Origin: Raillietiella orientalis
Lineage: Eukaryota
Assembly (NCBI GenBank): GCA_036172245.1
Contig: JAYWIR010000012.1
Span: 372,001-436,000 of the forward strand
DNA length: 64,000 bases
Reading direction: 5' to 3'
In this document: piece by piece, positions 34,650 to 47,059 of the stretch
How the letters are laid out: the number at the start of each line of letters is the position of its first letter
Position numbering within the stretch: the first letter of the stretch is position 1
Position numbers and translations under genes: made by a program
The notes under the pieces: model-generated
Databases searched by the model: none
What the model was told of the DNA's origin: nothing
What the model saw: only the letters and a program-made list of their open reading frames with translations

Positions 34650-36800
34650 GCGCCAGCTGTCCCTGGGGGCCACCGGTGGGGTACTGCAGTGCGGCAGCGA
34701 CGCCCGCGGGAGGCGGGGTAACGATCATTGCACGCGCACATCCGGGACCTCCACTGGATTCGGGCGGTCGCCACAGCAACCGGCGGGGAAGAGCCGAGTC
34801 TGCGAAGCTGCGGACAGCGGTCAGTACCTCGACCTCTGCAGGCAGCCGTCGGTTCCGCCCGAGCATCTGCCTTCGCCTGCGTGCCGAAGGAGCAGCAGGG
34901 ATGCAGCGGCAGGGTCGCACAGGGCGACACGTCGGAGACTTCCTTCCCACCCCTACCGCATCCCGTTTGGTAGCGGCAGTGACCCCACGCTCCGTGGGTG
35001 TCACGCTGTCAGAGTGGCTCGAGGGAAGTGCCGCCACGCGACTCGCGTCTCACCGACCACTGTCACGGGACTTGGCACGGGGTTTGGACCCTGAAGCTGT
35101 GGCACGGCCCGTTCGGGTACCCGGCCTTCGTGCCGGGCGCTCACACCGACCACGCCGGCAGGAGTCACGGCTTTCTTCTGCCTTCGCTGCCACCTCCTCG
35201 TCAGCGTCGCCTTGGGCGCCACCCCCCGCTGACCAGACAGGTGGCACACGTCGGCGCTTAAGAGGGAGCAGCCAAAGGGCAGCACCCAGGGCAACGCTTT
35301 GTGCGAGAGGAGGACTCAGGTGGGCGCTCGTGCAGCCCTTCAAACTGCGCGTGGCAACCAGGTTGGTCATGAAACCCACGGCGCGCCCTCACCTTTTCGG
35401 AGCGCAGATTCGGAGGTTCCTCTTGACGGACACTCGCGACCTTTGCCCCTCAAGCCGGTGGAAAAGAAACTTCCCTCCCGGAGGTCACTGGTCTCCGTCC
35501 GGGGATAGAGACTGCTCGTCCCGCCGGTCGCGCCCTCCGCACCCAGCCTGCAGGTGGCGGTCTTCCCGTTGAGCATGGCGTCCCTGCTGATTCACCCACT
35601 TGACGTGCTGGAGCCTTGTCAGCTTAGGGCATCGGGCGAGGGTCCCTGGCCTCCTCCTCCTCCCTTCCTCCTCCCCTTCCTCTTCTCCATTCCCTCCTCG
35701 CCCCTTGCTCCATCTCCTCTTCTTCCTCCTCCACCCCCTCCCGACCTCCCTCTTTCCTTCCCCCCTCCCTCTCCTTCCTTCTTCCTTTTCCTCCTCCTCC
35801 ACTTTCCTCCATCTCCTCTTCTTCCTCTTCCACCTCCTCCCGTCCTTCCCCATTCCTCTTCGCTTCTTCCTCGTGTTCCTCCTTTCCTGCTCTTCTCTCC
35901 CTTCCTCCGGTGGCGTTCACGGACCTGCCGCAGTCCGACGTCCCTCGCTCGGCCGGGTACGAGGTGACCAAGGTGACCTCTTCTTGCGCAGGCTCTCCCG
36001 GTACTCTCTGCAGTCTCGAATACTCTCCGCGCATCTTTCCGTTTGCGCGCCTCAGGACGACCGACCTTGACCCCCGCGTGGCGCGTCAGTGCGAGGAGGA
36101 GGGCGGCGGTGCATGCAGACGCGCAGCATGGCCGCGACCAGCACCGGGCGCGCGAAGTCGCCTCAGGAAGGCGGGCGGCAGCATCTGGCAGCCGCCTCCG
36201 CGCTCGGTGGGTGCAGCTCTCCGGGAGCGAGAGAGCCCGGATCCGAATCCATCTCTGCGGCGTCCGTCGTTATGGAGACCACGTTCCTCCTACAGCTGAG
36301 CGCCCCCCGCCGTCGCTTGCTGACTTCGCCGTCTCGAAACGCCGGCAGCGAGGGCCGGCCATCACCGGAAGTCCCCCCGCGTGGACTCGCATCCAGACCT
36401 TCCCCGGAATCGGAGGTTGCCATGGCGATACGCGGAGCGCAGCTCAGCGGCAGAAACGCCATTCCGTGGGCAGCGTCGCCGAGGATCCCGGGGCAGCGCG
36501 TCTCTCAGTAGTTCCTCGGGCGTTCAGAGTGCACCTGGGGCGGCATACGGGCGTGGTCTACCCCCGCGAAGATGCCGCAACTCCTTCCGGACGGTTCGCT
36601 TTGTGACCCCAGCCGGGACGCGGAGGGCGCCACCCGGAGTCCATCCGCTGAGGCGGCTCCCGGCCATTCCCACGACTGCGACGTCTTGAACTCCCCAGAA
36701 CCGCCGCCTCCTCGTCCAGCTCTGCGCGAGGACGGGACGCGTCTCCAGGCGACGCGGGCCTCTTCGGTGGCTTGGATGCGTCGTCCCCTTCCGGAAGGGG
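34650..36800 (+). mobile_element. Decayed I/Jockey-like LINE ORF2 (APE endonuclease plus RT), split by a CT-rich tract
   Basis: GGGVTIIAR and VGDF...HPVW...GVTLSEWL (GDFNA.H..W...RG..L..W) at ~34700-35030. RAFRVHLG...TPSG (R.F.V.LG...GTPQGS) and ALREDG (ALYADD) at ~36520-36740. Confidence 0.5.
35650..35910. repeat. Pyrimidine-rich (CCT/CTT)n low-complexity tract
   Basis: Visible cctcctcct/cttcct array. Confidence 0.9.
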
Positions 36801-37849
36801 CTGATGGTGGGGGAAGATTAGGGAAACGGGATGGCTGCCTCGGCGCCAGCCAGGGACTCACATCCTAGAACCACGTCTCTCCTCTGGTCGTGGGCGGAGA
36901 AATCTGCCACTACGGGCTCCAGACGCCTACGCTTCACCCCACCTCTCGACCGGTCTGTAGCAAGGAGAGTGGCTCTGGGCTGTCCGCAGTTCCTTCGGGA
37001 CGCCCAGACCCTTTGGTTTTTTTTCTAGCTCCCGGCGGCGTCGGGTCGCTCGCTTGAGACCAGAGGCAAGCCGTCGTAGAGGCACAGTGGGGCGTAGTAG
37101 GTCCACTGCTTTTTTTTCCGCGTCCACGAGTCATTTAGATCTCTTGCACGCTGCGCAGAGGGAGCCACTGGTAGAGGAAAACAGGAGGGAGACAAAAAAA
37201 AAAAAAAAACGAGAACTAGGGGTCCTGGGGTATCTCGTCAGGGCGGTCGCCCCATCTCTACTCTAGAAGCGCGATCAACTGTCGCCCACTCCCCATGTAG
37301 GCTTGGTCTTGACGAGAGACTGCGAAGGTTGCGGCAGAACGCCCTCGGTAGTTACCCCACTTCGCCTACGGGGAGGAACGGGGCCATCACCAGGTTCCGA
37401 CGACCCCGTGTCGGATGGGTGGTGGCGGCGGTGGGTGGTCCTCGACGGTGTCGTGGACCCCCCGCCAGGATGACGTCTCGGAGACCTTCGAGTTCTCGAG
37501 GGAACCCATTTGCTGTTGCTGCCGTGGCGACTGGTCCATGCCGTGACCTCGCGCCAACGGGAAGGGTGGGCTGAGGAAGAAGTAGACGAAACCTCCGCTC
37601 TTCCTAAAGGAGAGGAGCCACGCGTCCTCGGTGATGTTTGCTCGCGGCGCCGCCGGTTACCCTGTGCCAGGGGGCTGGGGTGCCCATCCGTCTCCGAGGT
37701 CTTCTTCCAGCCACACCCTCCGGGTCCCCTCGTGAGGTGAAGTGGTGGGCAGCGAAGATCGCTGAGCCGGTGGAGATGGCCACAAACCGGGCGCGATGGA
37801 TGTTCGTCAGCGTTCGGTGCTTCAGGAGCCGCGCAGGCGAGTGAGCTGC

Positions 37850-38480
37850 GTCCGGACCGTTTTCAGGAGTTCCAGAAGATCGGTCGAGAAGGGGAGAGTT
37901 CGCGCAGACTCCTCTCCGTGGTCCCCGCCTCCTGAAGGCAAGAGCTCGGAAAATGGGACGCGGTCTCCTCCCAAGTGCTGCCGGAGAGGCAGCGACTCCC
38001 GGTCAGGCTGCTGAGGAGAACTGGAGCACTGAAGGGTTGCATGCCGCAGCTTTCCAGCTTCCCCAGGTGGAGCATCTCAGCTTCCGGGGGCAACCGGACG
38101 TCCCTTTCGGAAGGGGGGATCGAATTTTCCCCTCCGGATGCGGTTCGGTTCGTCGGACCTTCGGCGAAGATGTTTCGTCCTCGACGAGATGTCTTTCCTT
38201 CGCAGCTCGCGCCAGCTGGTTCATGTTCTTCCTGCAGCATCCTTGTCGATGGAACCCAAGCCTTTTCAACCTACTGTCCGCGGAGACGCTTGAGGCATTT
38301 TTTTTCCTTCTTCTCTCAGCAGTGCGGAAGGCTTTCTTATGCATCTCCGATGCGATTTGTTGAATGCTGCATGCTGGACCAGATTTTCCCTGTCGGTTAT
38401 GGAATGACATGCTGATGCTGGAGGGCGGGTATGAACAGGTAGAGCCACGGTGGTAGCAGCGCTGCATTCGTCACTCTCTT
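37850..38480 (-). mobile_element. Decayed CR1-like reverse transcriptase remnant
   Basis: YPPSSIS (YRPISL), GFHRQGCC...QL (Q.GF...SC..QL) and KLESCGM...SSLTGSR (KLE.YGI...S.LT.R) in order. Confidence 0.45.
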
Positions 38481-39196
38481 CTCCTCCTGCATTTGCTCCC
38501 AGACGCCGTTTTTTTTCACCCGGGATCACACCGGGGCGTCTTCTTAAAGGCAAATGAACCAACAAGTTGGAAACTGTTCTCGGAAGAAAATCAAGGGTGG
38601 GAGGAGCCCCGTTCGTCTGCTGAAGTCTGCAGAGGGTGGGTCGAAAAATAAACAAATAGTTGGGAAGGAATAAGGATAGGGGTCTTGAACAGAGAATTCT
38701 ATTTCCTGCGCAGAATCGGCGCAGTATTCTGGTTATCCCGCCTTGTCTTCCTCCACCGGCTGCGAGGCCACGACCTCGCAGCCGCCCTCACGTAGGCGGC
38801 TGCAACTTGGATGGTCGTCTATTCGCTGCCCTTCCTTCTCCAAGACGTGGCGGATCTGCCCGGACGCAACGGACCGTCGCAAGGTCACGACGGCAGTCGA
38901 GAATCCTCCGTTTGCAAAGGATCGCTTTGGCCCGTCTCAGGTGGTGTCCTCCTGGAGTGGGGACGTTGGAGGCAGCTTTCGTCGCAGTTCCTCGTGGGCA
39001 TTGCAGTCCAGCAACAGGTGCGGGCAGTGCAGCTCCCGAAGGAACCAGGTGCCTGCGCCTGTCCCACCGGAATTCCCAACGCAGGAGCAGCAGTACGCCC
39101 TGTCGCCACCTCAAGGGAAAAGCCGAGGCGTTCTCGAACAAAGGAGGAACTACCAATTCTTCGGCAGGCGCTTCGCCGAAGGAGTCCCTGGATCTG

Positions 39197-39395
39197 AGGA
39201 GAGAAGGACGGGAGGAAGGGAAGAGGAAGGAGAGAGTGGGAGGAGGGAAGAGGGGGGAAGTGGAGGAGGAAGAAGAGGAGACGGCAAAAAGGGGGAGGAG
39301 GGAAGGAGGAAGAGAGAATAGAAAAGAGGAAGAGGAAGGGAGAAGGAGGAAGAGAGAATAGAAAAGAGGAAGAGGAAGGGAGAAGGAGAAGGGGA
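39197..39395. repeat. GA-rich tract containing an exact 40-bp tandem duplication
   Basis: gaaggaggaagagagaatagaaaagaggaagaggaaggga at 39302-39341 and again at 39342-39381. Confidence 0.9.
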
Positions 39396-40089
39396 GGCGC
39401 TTCTCAGCTCACTCAAGTTCAATCGCTTCTGTGGCTGCACGGAAGAACTCTCGCCCCACCGGTCGGCTACTGCGGTCGTTTGCCCTCAGGGAAGACAGAC
39501 TGCGGCAAGCAATGTCCGGGATCCGCCTTTTTGCCACAGCTGTGTTCAGTCCTGAGGGCCGTCTCCAAGCGGGCCAAGGAGGAGAGTCCTCAGAGAGCAA
39601 AGAGTCTCCGGGAGCATTTGCAGGGTTGCCACCTAGTTCCCCACCGCCCCCCGCCTCCAGGCATTCCAGCTCGCCGGACGTCAGGAGGTCCAGGGACTAC
39701 CGTCCGGAAGCGGAACCTCGACGGACGCAGGATCTCCGCATCCCGCGGAGGCTGCACCCCAGAGACGGTCAATTCCCGGCCCTGCGCTCAAGGACGAGAC
39801 TCCCAGACGTCGCCGGAAGTGTGGCTCAGAGAGGTGGACTTCCTCTAACACAGAGAGATCTCAAGCCGCGAAGATGCCTGCATAGTCTCTCAGGAAACCC
39901 TCCGCATCCTGCATTTGGACTCCGCACCTCCGATGATGCGGAAGGAAAGTGGGATGGGAACAAAGGGAAGAACATCTTCGCTTATCACTTCTCTCTGGTT
40001 CACCTGGAGACTTTTCAAAAGTTCTTCCGTGGAGAGAGGTCAGCCACCCCCGCTGCTTCCAGTACACACTTTAGCAGCACTGGTGCACG

Positions 40090-40480
40090 CCGCGGGTTCC
40101 TTGAAAATCTTCCAGCCTATCGATCCTCTGTTTCTTGGAACTCGGAAATCCTACGATTCGTCCTGATCACTCACAGCAGCGAATATCCCTTTGGAAGAGA
40201 CGAGGATTCCTCCACGCCTCCCTACTTACCTTCTCCAGCACCTCTGGTCAACATCCTCGAGGCAAACGACGTCCAGCATCCACTGACTTTCATTCTCTTC
40301 AGAGCAGCGACTCCCGCTCTCGATCTCTTCCTGGGAACAGTCGGGCTGGTGGCTTCGGAACTTCAGGGAAGCCTCCCTGGTTCGTGGCACTGCCTCTCTG
40401 TTACCGCAGTCCGGCTATTGGTACGCCTGCTGGGGCTGCAGTCTGCAACCTTCTGCTCAAGTATGCGGTTGGCCTTGTGC
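40090..40480 (+). mobile_element. Decayed non-LTR reverse transcriptase remnant
   Basis: NLPAYRSSVS..SEILRFVL (N.YRPIS..SK.LE) and YPFGR...ST...LVNILE...FILFRAA (Q..F...ST...F.DF..AF). Confidence 0.35.
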
Positions 40481-41299
40481 TATCCTTCTCCTTCCTCCAG
40501 AGATTTCCAGGAGGGATCGAAAGACGCCACACGGTCGGTCGGGTCCTCGGCGAAGGCAGCTGCCCCGAATTCGCCAGCGGATCCAGCGGTCTTCGCGGAC
40601 ACCGGAAGACGCCGCCTCGAGCTCGCCATCTCAGAGTTCTGACGAAGACCACGAGTCGCACTCCTTCCTCGAAACGCTCCGCTCTCTTTTTTGTCCTGCC
40701 AAGTACTGAGGAACCACTGCTGCACCCAGAAGGATCATCGGAACAGCTGGGGCGCGCTCCCCTGCCACGCACCCCGCGTGGAGCGAACAGGCTTTCCGAC
40801 TTCTGAGAAACCCTCCGATGGGTCCACTCCCGATTCCAGGTGACTCAGCGGGGCATCCAGCCCTCCCTACGCCCGAAGTTCTTTGCCTCATCTTGCAGGG
40901 AGGGGGGAGAGACCCGTGGCGCTTGCTGTTAGCCTCTCACGGCTGCTGGTGCGAGTCGCGGTGCGGTCTCAGCAACCGAGATGCTTGCCGCTCCACAGGA
41001 GCTGCCCTTAAAGGTAACATCCGCTGTTCCCTCAGCTCGGATGTTTCGCAGTCGGGGACCGACCTTGCTGCCTAGGGCCGAGTTCTTTCCAGGAGCGGGT
41101 AGACGCGAATTTTTCTTTTGCCCGTGGGCTGTGGCCGTCGCCGAGCCGCGAAACACCATCTTGGCATCCTGCTGCCCCGATTCTCCGGACGCTGAGCTCT
41201 TCCGCGACGCCGACTCCGAGAGAACGGACGCAAGCGCCGGGTGCAAGCGCGTGTTCTCACTCGCCTTCCGGGATCCATTGAGGTTTCCTAGCTAGCGTT

Positions 41300-41900
41300 C
41301 TCGGGATCCGTCGCGAAGACGCCGGAAGCGCTAAGATTGAGGTCGTGAAAGAGATGAAGGGAAGAAATTTTCGTTGTGTGGCGCTGGGAAGGACTCCACG
41401 GTTCGCCGAATCGGGAAGCGCGCACGTGGGCCACTGGAGGGAGGTGGATCCTATCCTCTTGCAGCTCCCTTCGATTTGCTTGACTTCTCGTCGCTGGTGG
41501 ACCGCAGGCGAAGGATGCCGTTTCCTTCCTTGCCCTTTGCTTAGCGGCAACAAAGCAAAGAGCAAAAACGGAGCAGAGTAGAAGAAAACGCATGGCTTCG
41601 TCGTATCACAGCAGCAGGCTGCTGGAGCTCTGGCAATCAAAAACTCGAAGTCCCGACGAAGACCACGAAGTCGCACCCTTATCAGACCGTCCTCGGTGAC
41701 CTTTCCAACTGCCGTCCTCCCCTTCATGTGAGAACACGCTGCTGGTTTTCGATCCCTTCCTCCCCATGGTGGAAGGCAGCTGCCAGGTGGGATGGGAGCA
41801 ACAGGGATCTTTGCCAGACTCGAATCGGCAGAAGTAAAAGGCCTGAGAGAGAGTTCCTTGAACCTGAAGCAACTCGGGAGCTGCCAGGTCTCGGATGTTT
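41300..41900 (-). mobile_element. Decayed Ty3/gypsy RT N-terminal remnant
   Basis: EDGLIR (G.IRPS), SAPFLLFA...KGQGRKR (SP..FV.KK.G..R), DRIHLPPV (D.YPLP.I) and FHDLNL (F..LDL). Confidence 0.4.
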
Positions 41901-42344
41901 CCTTCTGCGGGGAAAAGTCCAAGTGCCTCGTTTCCCGTTGGGCAGGCTGCTCGGGTCAGCATCTTTGCAAGCATCCTTTCCTCCCGCACTCTTTCATTCT
42001 GGAGTCCGCGTCTTCTGCCTTTGTTTCTTCTCGACAATGCAGCTTCTACTGCGCTTGTGCCAGAGCGTGCTGGCGACATTGGTGGGCCTTCTCCCCTGGA
42101 GTGCTTTGTTTACTTTCCGGCTTTACTGGTGCTGCTTGCAACGTCGCTTGCCATGAGATTTCTCCCGTTCTGTTCCGAAACCACCGACTGACTTGTGACA
42201 TCTGATCGTTTGCGTTTCTTCCTACGAAGGATAATGTAGCTTTTATTGTGCTTGTTTTGCCTTCTCTCTTCTCCTCTTCCTCCTCCCCCCCCTCTCCTGA
42301 TGCCAAAGAAACGGGGAATGCTTGGGATTTCCACGCACTTCAAG

Positions 42345-42850
42345 TTTTCCACCCGGTTCTGCTGGGGAAGGGGGCATTTATTATTTAGAAAATAATGATA
42401 AACGTACACTGAAGTGTTCCAGCGTGGTGAAACATTTGGTTGCATCACGTGCTCGGAACTTGGCACGACCAGTACGTAGACAGGCGAGGTCCGTTTCCAC
42501 AGCGACGGGGAAGGGAAAACGGGGGGGGGGGAGGAGAGAGAAGCAAACAAGAGAAAAAAACAGGAGGACAGGTTCGCTAGGAAAGGGACTGGGGATGGGG
42601 TCACGTTTCGCCGGGACACGTCCTCAGCATCCTGTTCAGGATGCTGGCAAGTTCCGTCCGAAGGTTACCCAGTTAGGGCCATCTCGAGGCGGTCTCCAAG
42701 AAGGTCGTCTCCCAGTGGATGGCATTCCGCCATTCTAACCTCTTCTCGCGTTCTAGGCTGCCATGATCCCACGAAGACAGCAGAGAACTGCTAGGAACGC
42801 CGCTGTAGAGCGACACGCGCGAAGAGGCGTCGAAAAACGCTCCTGAAAAA
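42345..42850 (-). mobile_element. L1/Tx1-like LINE 3' end (copy G)
   Basis: Reverse complement gaacttgccagcatcctgaacaggatgctgaggac, T-rich tract and aataaatgcccc...accgggtggaaaa. Confidence 0.8.
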
Positions 42851-43238
42851 CGAACTCAAGTCGGAGCTCATGATCACTGCACCACCAGGAATCCCTCTCG
42901 CGTTTCCAACATTCCCATCCGCTGACTGTCTTTACCTGTGGTACGGCAACATGGCGAAAGAGCCCTCCGCTTCACGTCCGAAGGTTCGTTAGGATGCAGC
43001 CGAGAGAAACCTCGCTCACGCATCCAAAAGATCGCAGAAGCCGCTTCTGGTCCCTCGTGATGGGCACGGCTCAGCTCGCTTAGCATCCCGCGCCTCGTGG
43101 TTGCTTGCCGGGCATCGGTACAGACGCGAAACCTGCGCACCTCGCTGAGCAACGGCAGAATCGTCCCAGGAAGCTGTGGCCATTAGAATTCCGGGTCGGC
43201 TGGTACCTCAAGGCATCCCAAGTTCTGCTACCGAAGGA

Positions 43239-44269
43239 TTTTGTTTTTTTTTATTTTCGCCCGGTTACGCCGTAGCATTTATTGTAAAAAGAATATTTAC
43301 AAAGAAAACACTCATATAAAATGTAAAAAATGCTTTTTTTCGTGGTGGTTTCACAGCAGGTCCACTACGAGAAGGAAATGCCTCAGGGGAGCTGATTCTC
43401 ATTTGATGAGGTCCGCGCAGGAAGAGTAGGGGAAGGGTAAACAAAAACAAAAAAACCCACAAAAATTCAGTCCAAAAACGTTTAGGAGGAGTCGAAAGGA
43501 TCACGGATTTCTTCCTGGTGTCCTCAGCATCCTCTGGAGGATGTTGGCAACTCGCTCCTTTTGTTGGCAGAGATGTGGACATCTTGTCTCGTTCCTCATG
43601 CAGCAGCAGGCGATCGGGGACGATTTCACCGTTCGAACGGCCTCTTTCGGCGTGGCTTCTCGTCTCCACGATCCCGCAAAGACAGTGCACAGGGCCGCGA
43701 GCGAAGCTGCAGGAGACGTCGAGTCCCGAGCGAGCAGGCGCCGCAAGACCTCTCCGCCGTTGTCCATCGGCAGCAGGAGGGCCGTAGCGAAGCGTTCCCA
43801 GACGCTCAGGAGGGCAACACAATCCAGCACCAGGTGGCGAAAGGTTTCCCTTTTTCCCCGCACTCACTCCCCACTCCCTCTTGTCCAGTGGGGGACTCGT
43901 GCGTTGCAAGGGATCGCCCAGTGCAACAACTGCAATGCCGAGTCCTTCAGGGAAGCGTGGGGCTGTCCACAAACACTGGGGGAGTCTGTATCTCTTCAGG
44001 AGGAATGTCCAGGAGTTTTACGCAGCGACGAATGAATCCCTTTCGGGAGGGCAGTGCGGGTGGATGCGTCAGCCGTCCAGCATCCCAGCCGCTTCTTTTC
44101 TCCTGCCATTTTGCAGGAGACTTCCCATCTCTCGAGGCCATCGCTATTTTCAATTTGTTGGATTGTGTTGAGCGTGGTTGCAAGTGGGGCGTTCCGCGCC
44201 CAGGCGGCATTCCTCGGGCAGTCCACGGTTTCCTGCAGCGAGCAGCGAGCTCATTCCGAGAATCGCAGG
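43239..44269 (-). mobile_element. 5'-truncated L1/Tx1-like LINE (copy H)
   Basis: ETFRHLVLDCVALLSVWERF...LRRLLAR...RCPHL...ANILQRMLR, ending aataaatgctacggcgtaaccgggcgaaaataaaaaaa. Confidence 0.8.
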
Positions 44270-44830
44270 TTTTTCACCCGGGTAAGCCGGGGCTTTTATT
44301 ACTAAAATTTTGAAATTACAAAATTTTGTAACAAAGTCTATGTTGTTAAAATTTTTCTTTTTACGACGTCAGAAGTTCAGATCAGAAGTTCAGTAGCACT
44401 TGTCCTTACCGACCCGGAGGTCGATAAGGTCCTTCACTGGCGCCGGGACGGGAAAAATAAAACAAAACAAAAACAAAAAAAGAAAAACGCCTGGAGGGCA
44501 AAGTTTTCTGGGAAGGGGGAGGGAGGGAGGGGATCACGGTGCGCCGTGAGCAGGCCTTTGCATCCGGTTTCGGATGCGAACAAGTGCTGGCAAATGTTTT
44601 TGAAGTCGGCGCCAACGGCACGCTTTCTCCAAGGAGATCGCTGCCCAGTGGATAGCATTCCGGCTGGTCCTTCCTCTCCTAGACGCGGTCCACTTCTCCA
44701 GGATACCGCGTATGCAGCAGAGCACTGCTACGCTCCCGAAGGCTGGCAAGCCGTCTCGCGTCAGAAGGCGTCTGAATCCACTGGTTCTCCTGGACCATGA
44801 GACCATCTACCGAGGTTGGCGCCCACTCTC
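44270..44830 (-). mobile_element. L1/Tx1-like LINE 3' end (copy I), abutting copy H
   Basis: FRRLLTRD and NAIHWAAISLEKACRW...RMQR, ending aataaaagccccggcttacccgggtgaaaaa. Confidence 0.8.
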
Positions 44831-45099
44831 GGCCATGCACGAGGAACGTGCCCTGCTAATTTTTCCATGACCTGGCGCCGGCTGCTCGCTGGTTTTTTGT
44901 TTTCCAACGTGGAAATCCGCAGGGCAGCACTGCGACACAGCTGAAACGTAACTCACTTATGGGAACCCTGCATGCTGCGATGTTGACTCAAAGAAATGGA
45001 CAGAGATTGGGTTAAATATTGGCTCGCAGGCAGATTGAAGCGTGGCCTTCGATCCCCTGATCCTAGCAGAGAAGAGTAAGGTGCGAATCTTGGAGCTGC

Positions 45100-45315
45100 T
45101 CGTGCTTGGTGAAGTTTGCACCTGCCGTCCTCGTGTTCCTGGGAACTTTTCGACCTCACCCTCGGTCAGCCCGCCTTTGGTAACCTCCCACCTGCCTCCC
45201 TCTTGTTCATGGGAACTTTTCGACCTCGCCCTCGGTGGTTCGTCCTCGGTGACTTCTCCACCTGCCGCCCACATCTTCCTCGGAACTTTTCGCCTTCACC
45301 CTCTGCACCTGCCAG
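45100..45315. repeat. 70-bp minisatellite, about 3 copies
   Basis: cacctgcc starts at 45119, 45189 and 45259 (period 70). Each unit carries ggaacttttcg. Confidence 0.9.
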
Positions 45316-46164
45316 CAGTGCTCTGAATACCACCAGAATTCATTTGGACTTTCATCCGCAGAATCTTCAGCTGGCATCCTCGTTGCGTGCCAAAGTCACC
45401 AGACGTGGGCCAGCGCGTCAACGCTCACTCAGAATCAGCGCTCGCTGGGGGTCTACGGAAATTCCTGCTGGCACGCCAGGGAATCGCCCGCCAGGCATAC
45501 AGATGCGCAGGACAGTAGGGATGCTTGCGTCGGATCTCCAGCTGCAGAGACAGCCCTCAGGCTATCGATGCCGAAAGACGGTCGCTGCGAAGTAATCGAT
45601 CAGGGCGAGAGGATCACCCTAACTCAGTGGAGGGTGGCTCATCCCTAGTTAATCGTCACAGCGATGGATCTGACGCTCCAAGGACGAGGAAGAGTTGCCA
45701 GCCCACGGGCGACAGAAGACGCGAACGCCGAGGGATTGGCGCTGCAGCGCGCCTCCTGCGTCAATGCGGACGGAATCGATGCGAGGTTGGGCGCGTGCCA
45801 GGGAAGCTGCAGATGTCAGAAGCACAAGGAGCGGTACTTGCAGGCGGAGGTGGTGACATACGTGCACGCGAATGAAGGGAGATCCCGGTCCGCGCGAGCG
45901 TCTGCCGCTTCGTCCGGCGACACCCACAGGGCGGATTATGCGACCTAAGGGAACGGGTTTAGCCAGAAGGCTAGTCGAGCCGCCAGGCCGGACAAGCAGC
46001 ATCGAGAGCTGCTTGTGCCATTGTCAGATCATCCTCGGAAGAGCCATGCTCAAGAGCGTTCGGCATTCGGCTCTCAAGAGCCCTGCGGAAAGTTCTCAAT
46101 TCATCGCTTCCTGTCTCCATACTGCTGTGGATTTCCACCCAGGTTCACCAGGAGGGTGCGAAAG

Positions 46165-46334
46165 CATAGGACCATCAGCCCTACCACGTTCAGAGCACCA
46201 GGGGAGCCTGCCGAAAAGCCGGCGCACGAACAGGGGAGGGTGGCCTCCACGGCAGAGGGGAAGAAAGGAAAAAAAAATATATAGAAACAGGAAGAGAATA
46301 TATTTGAGGGGCACGTGAAGGGATGCCTGCCCGG
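46165..46334 (-). mobile_element. L1/Tx1-like LINE 3' UTR (continuation of copy F beyond the SINE)
   Basis: Reverse complement T-rich tract then cccctctgccgtggaggccac...cggcaggctcc...acgtggtagg, matching the 3' UTR of copy B. Confidence 0.7.
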
Positions 46335-47059
46335 TTGGAGGCCGTGTGATTACGGTGGTCTCCGTGCGTGGCACCATGCGTTGTGGGTTCGAATATTCCG
46401 AAGGAATCGACTCAGCGCGTCGTAGGTCCTGAGTTCACCCCACAAGATGACGCTAGTTGGCCTACATTCATCCGGGTGCGGCACTGGTAGCGGTTAAAAT
46501 CGGATGCCCCCCATGAGGGTCGGGACAAATGGGAGTCGACTTCCGGGTCCTTCCAGGAATCAAGGAATAGGATCTCCCCTCCGGCTGTGAAGGAGAGAAC
46601 CCCCATTCCGGGGGGATCCTTCCGCGTCGGACTCATGGAGTAGGTGTGTCGCCACCACCTCTCCAGAGAGTGCAGAGAAGCGAGCCGATCCCTTCGGGGA
46701 AGCTACGTCCTTCTGAACTTCGGAGGCGTCACCTTCTGGGTTCTCTTCAGAGGAGTAAAAACAGGATCAGATCCCTTCAGAGAAGAAAAACTGGAGTGGA
46801 CCCCTCCAAGGGTCTCTTCGGAGAGAATAAGGAAAGAGATTCCCTTCTGGATTCCCCTTCGGAGACAACCAGGGTGGAGGTGATCCTCATTTCCGAGGAT
46901 CCCTCCCCAGGCGTAAGAGGAAGGGACTCCGAGTCCTTCCTGGATTCTCAGGGCGGACCCCTCCCTGGGTACCCCCTATCTTGAAGAATACCCCCCCTCG
47001 GGTGGCGTGGAACTGTGTCGAAGTACTGCGAAGGCAGAAAAGGATTTCCATTATCCACA
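46335..47059 (+). mobile_element. Full-length tRNA-headed SINE-like element (copy 7) inserted into a LINE
   Basis: gggttcgaat head, colinear with copy 6. Flanked by gcctgcccgg (46325-46334) and gcctgccggg (47060-47069), a 9/10 direct repeat. Confidence 0.9.

Noticed and set aside
34298..35572. 424-aa ORF as a host gene
   Set aside because: Contains decayed LINE APE-endonuclease motifs (GGGV, GDF, L.EW) with frameshifted neighbours; this is a transposon remnant.
36840..37130. Minus-strand DAEKKAVD and GAEAAI as RT motifs
   Set aside because: The motif order is inconsistent with a single RT and there are no supporting neighbours.
39431..40642. 403-aa ORF as a host gene
   Set aside because: Low-complexity N-terminus fused to a decayed RT-like segment; no coherent protein.
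45100..45315. CRISPR-like repeat-spacer array
   Set aside because: The spacers are homologous to each other, there are no cas genes and the context is eukaryotic; it is a minisatellite.
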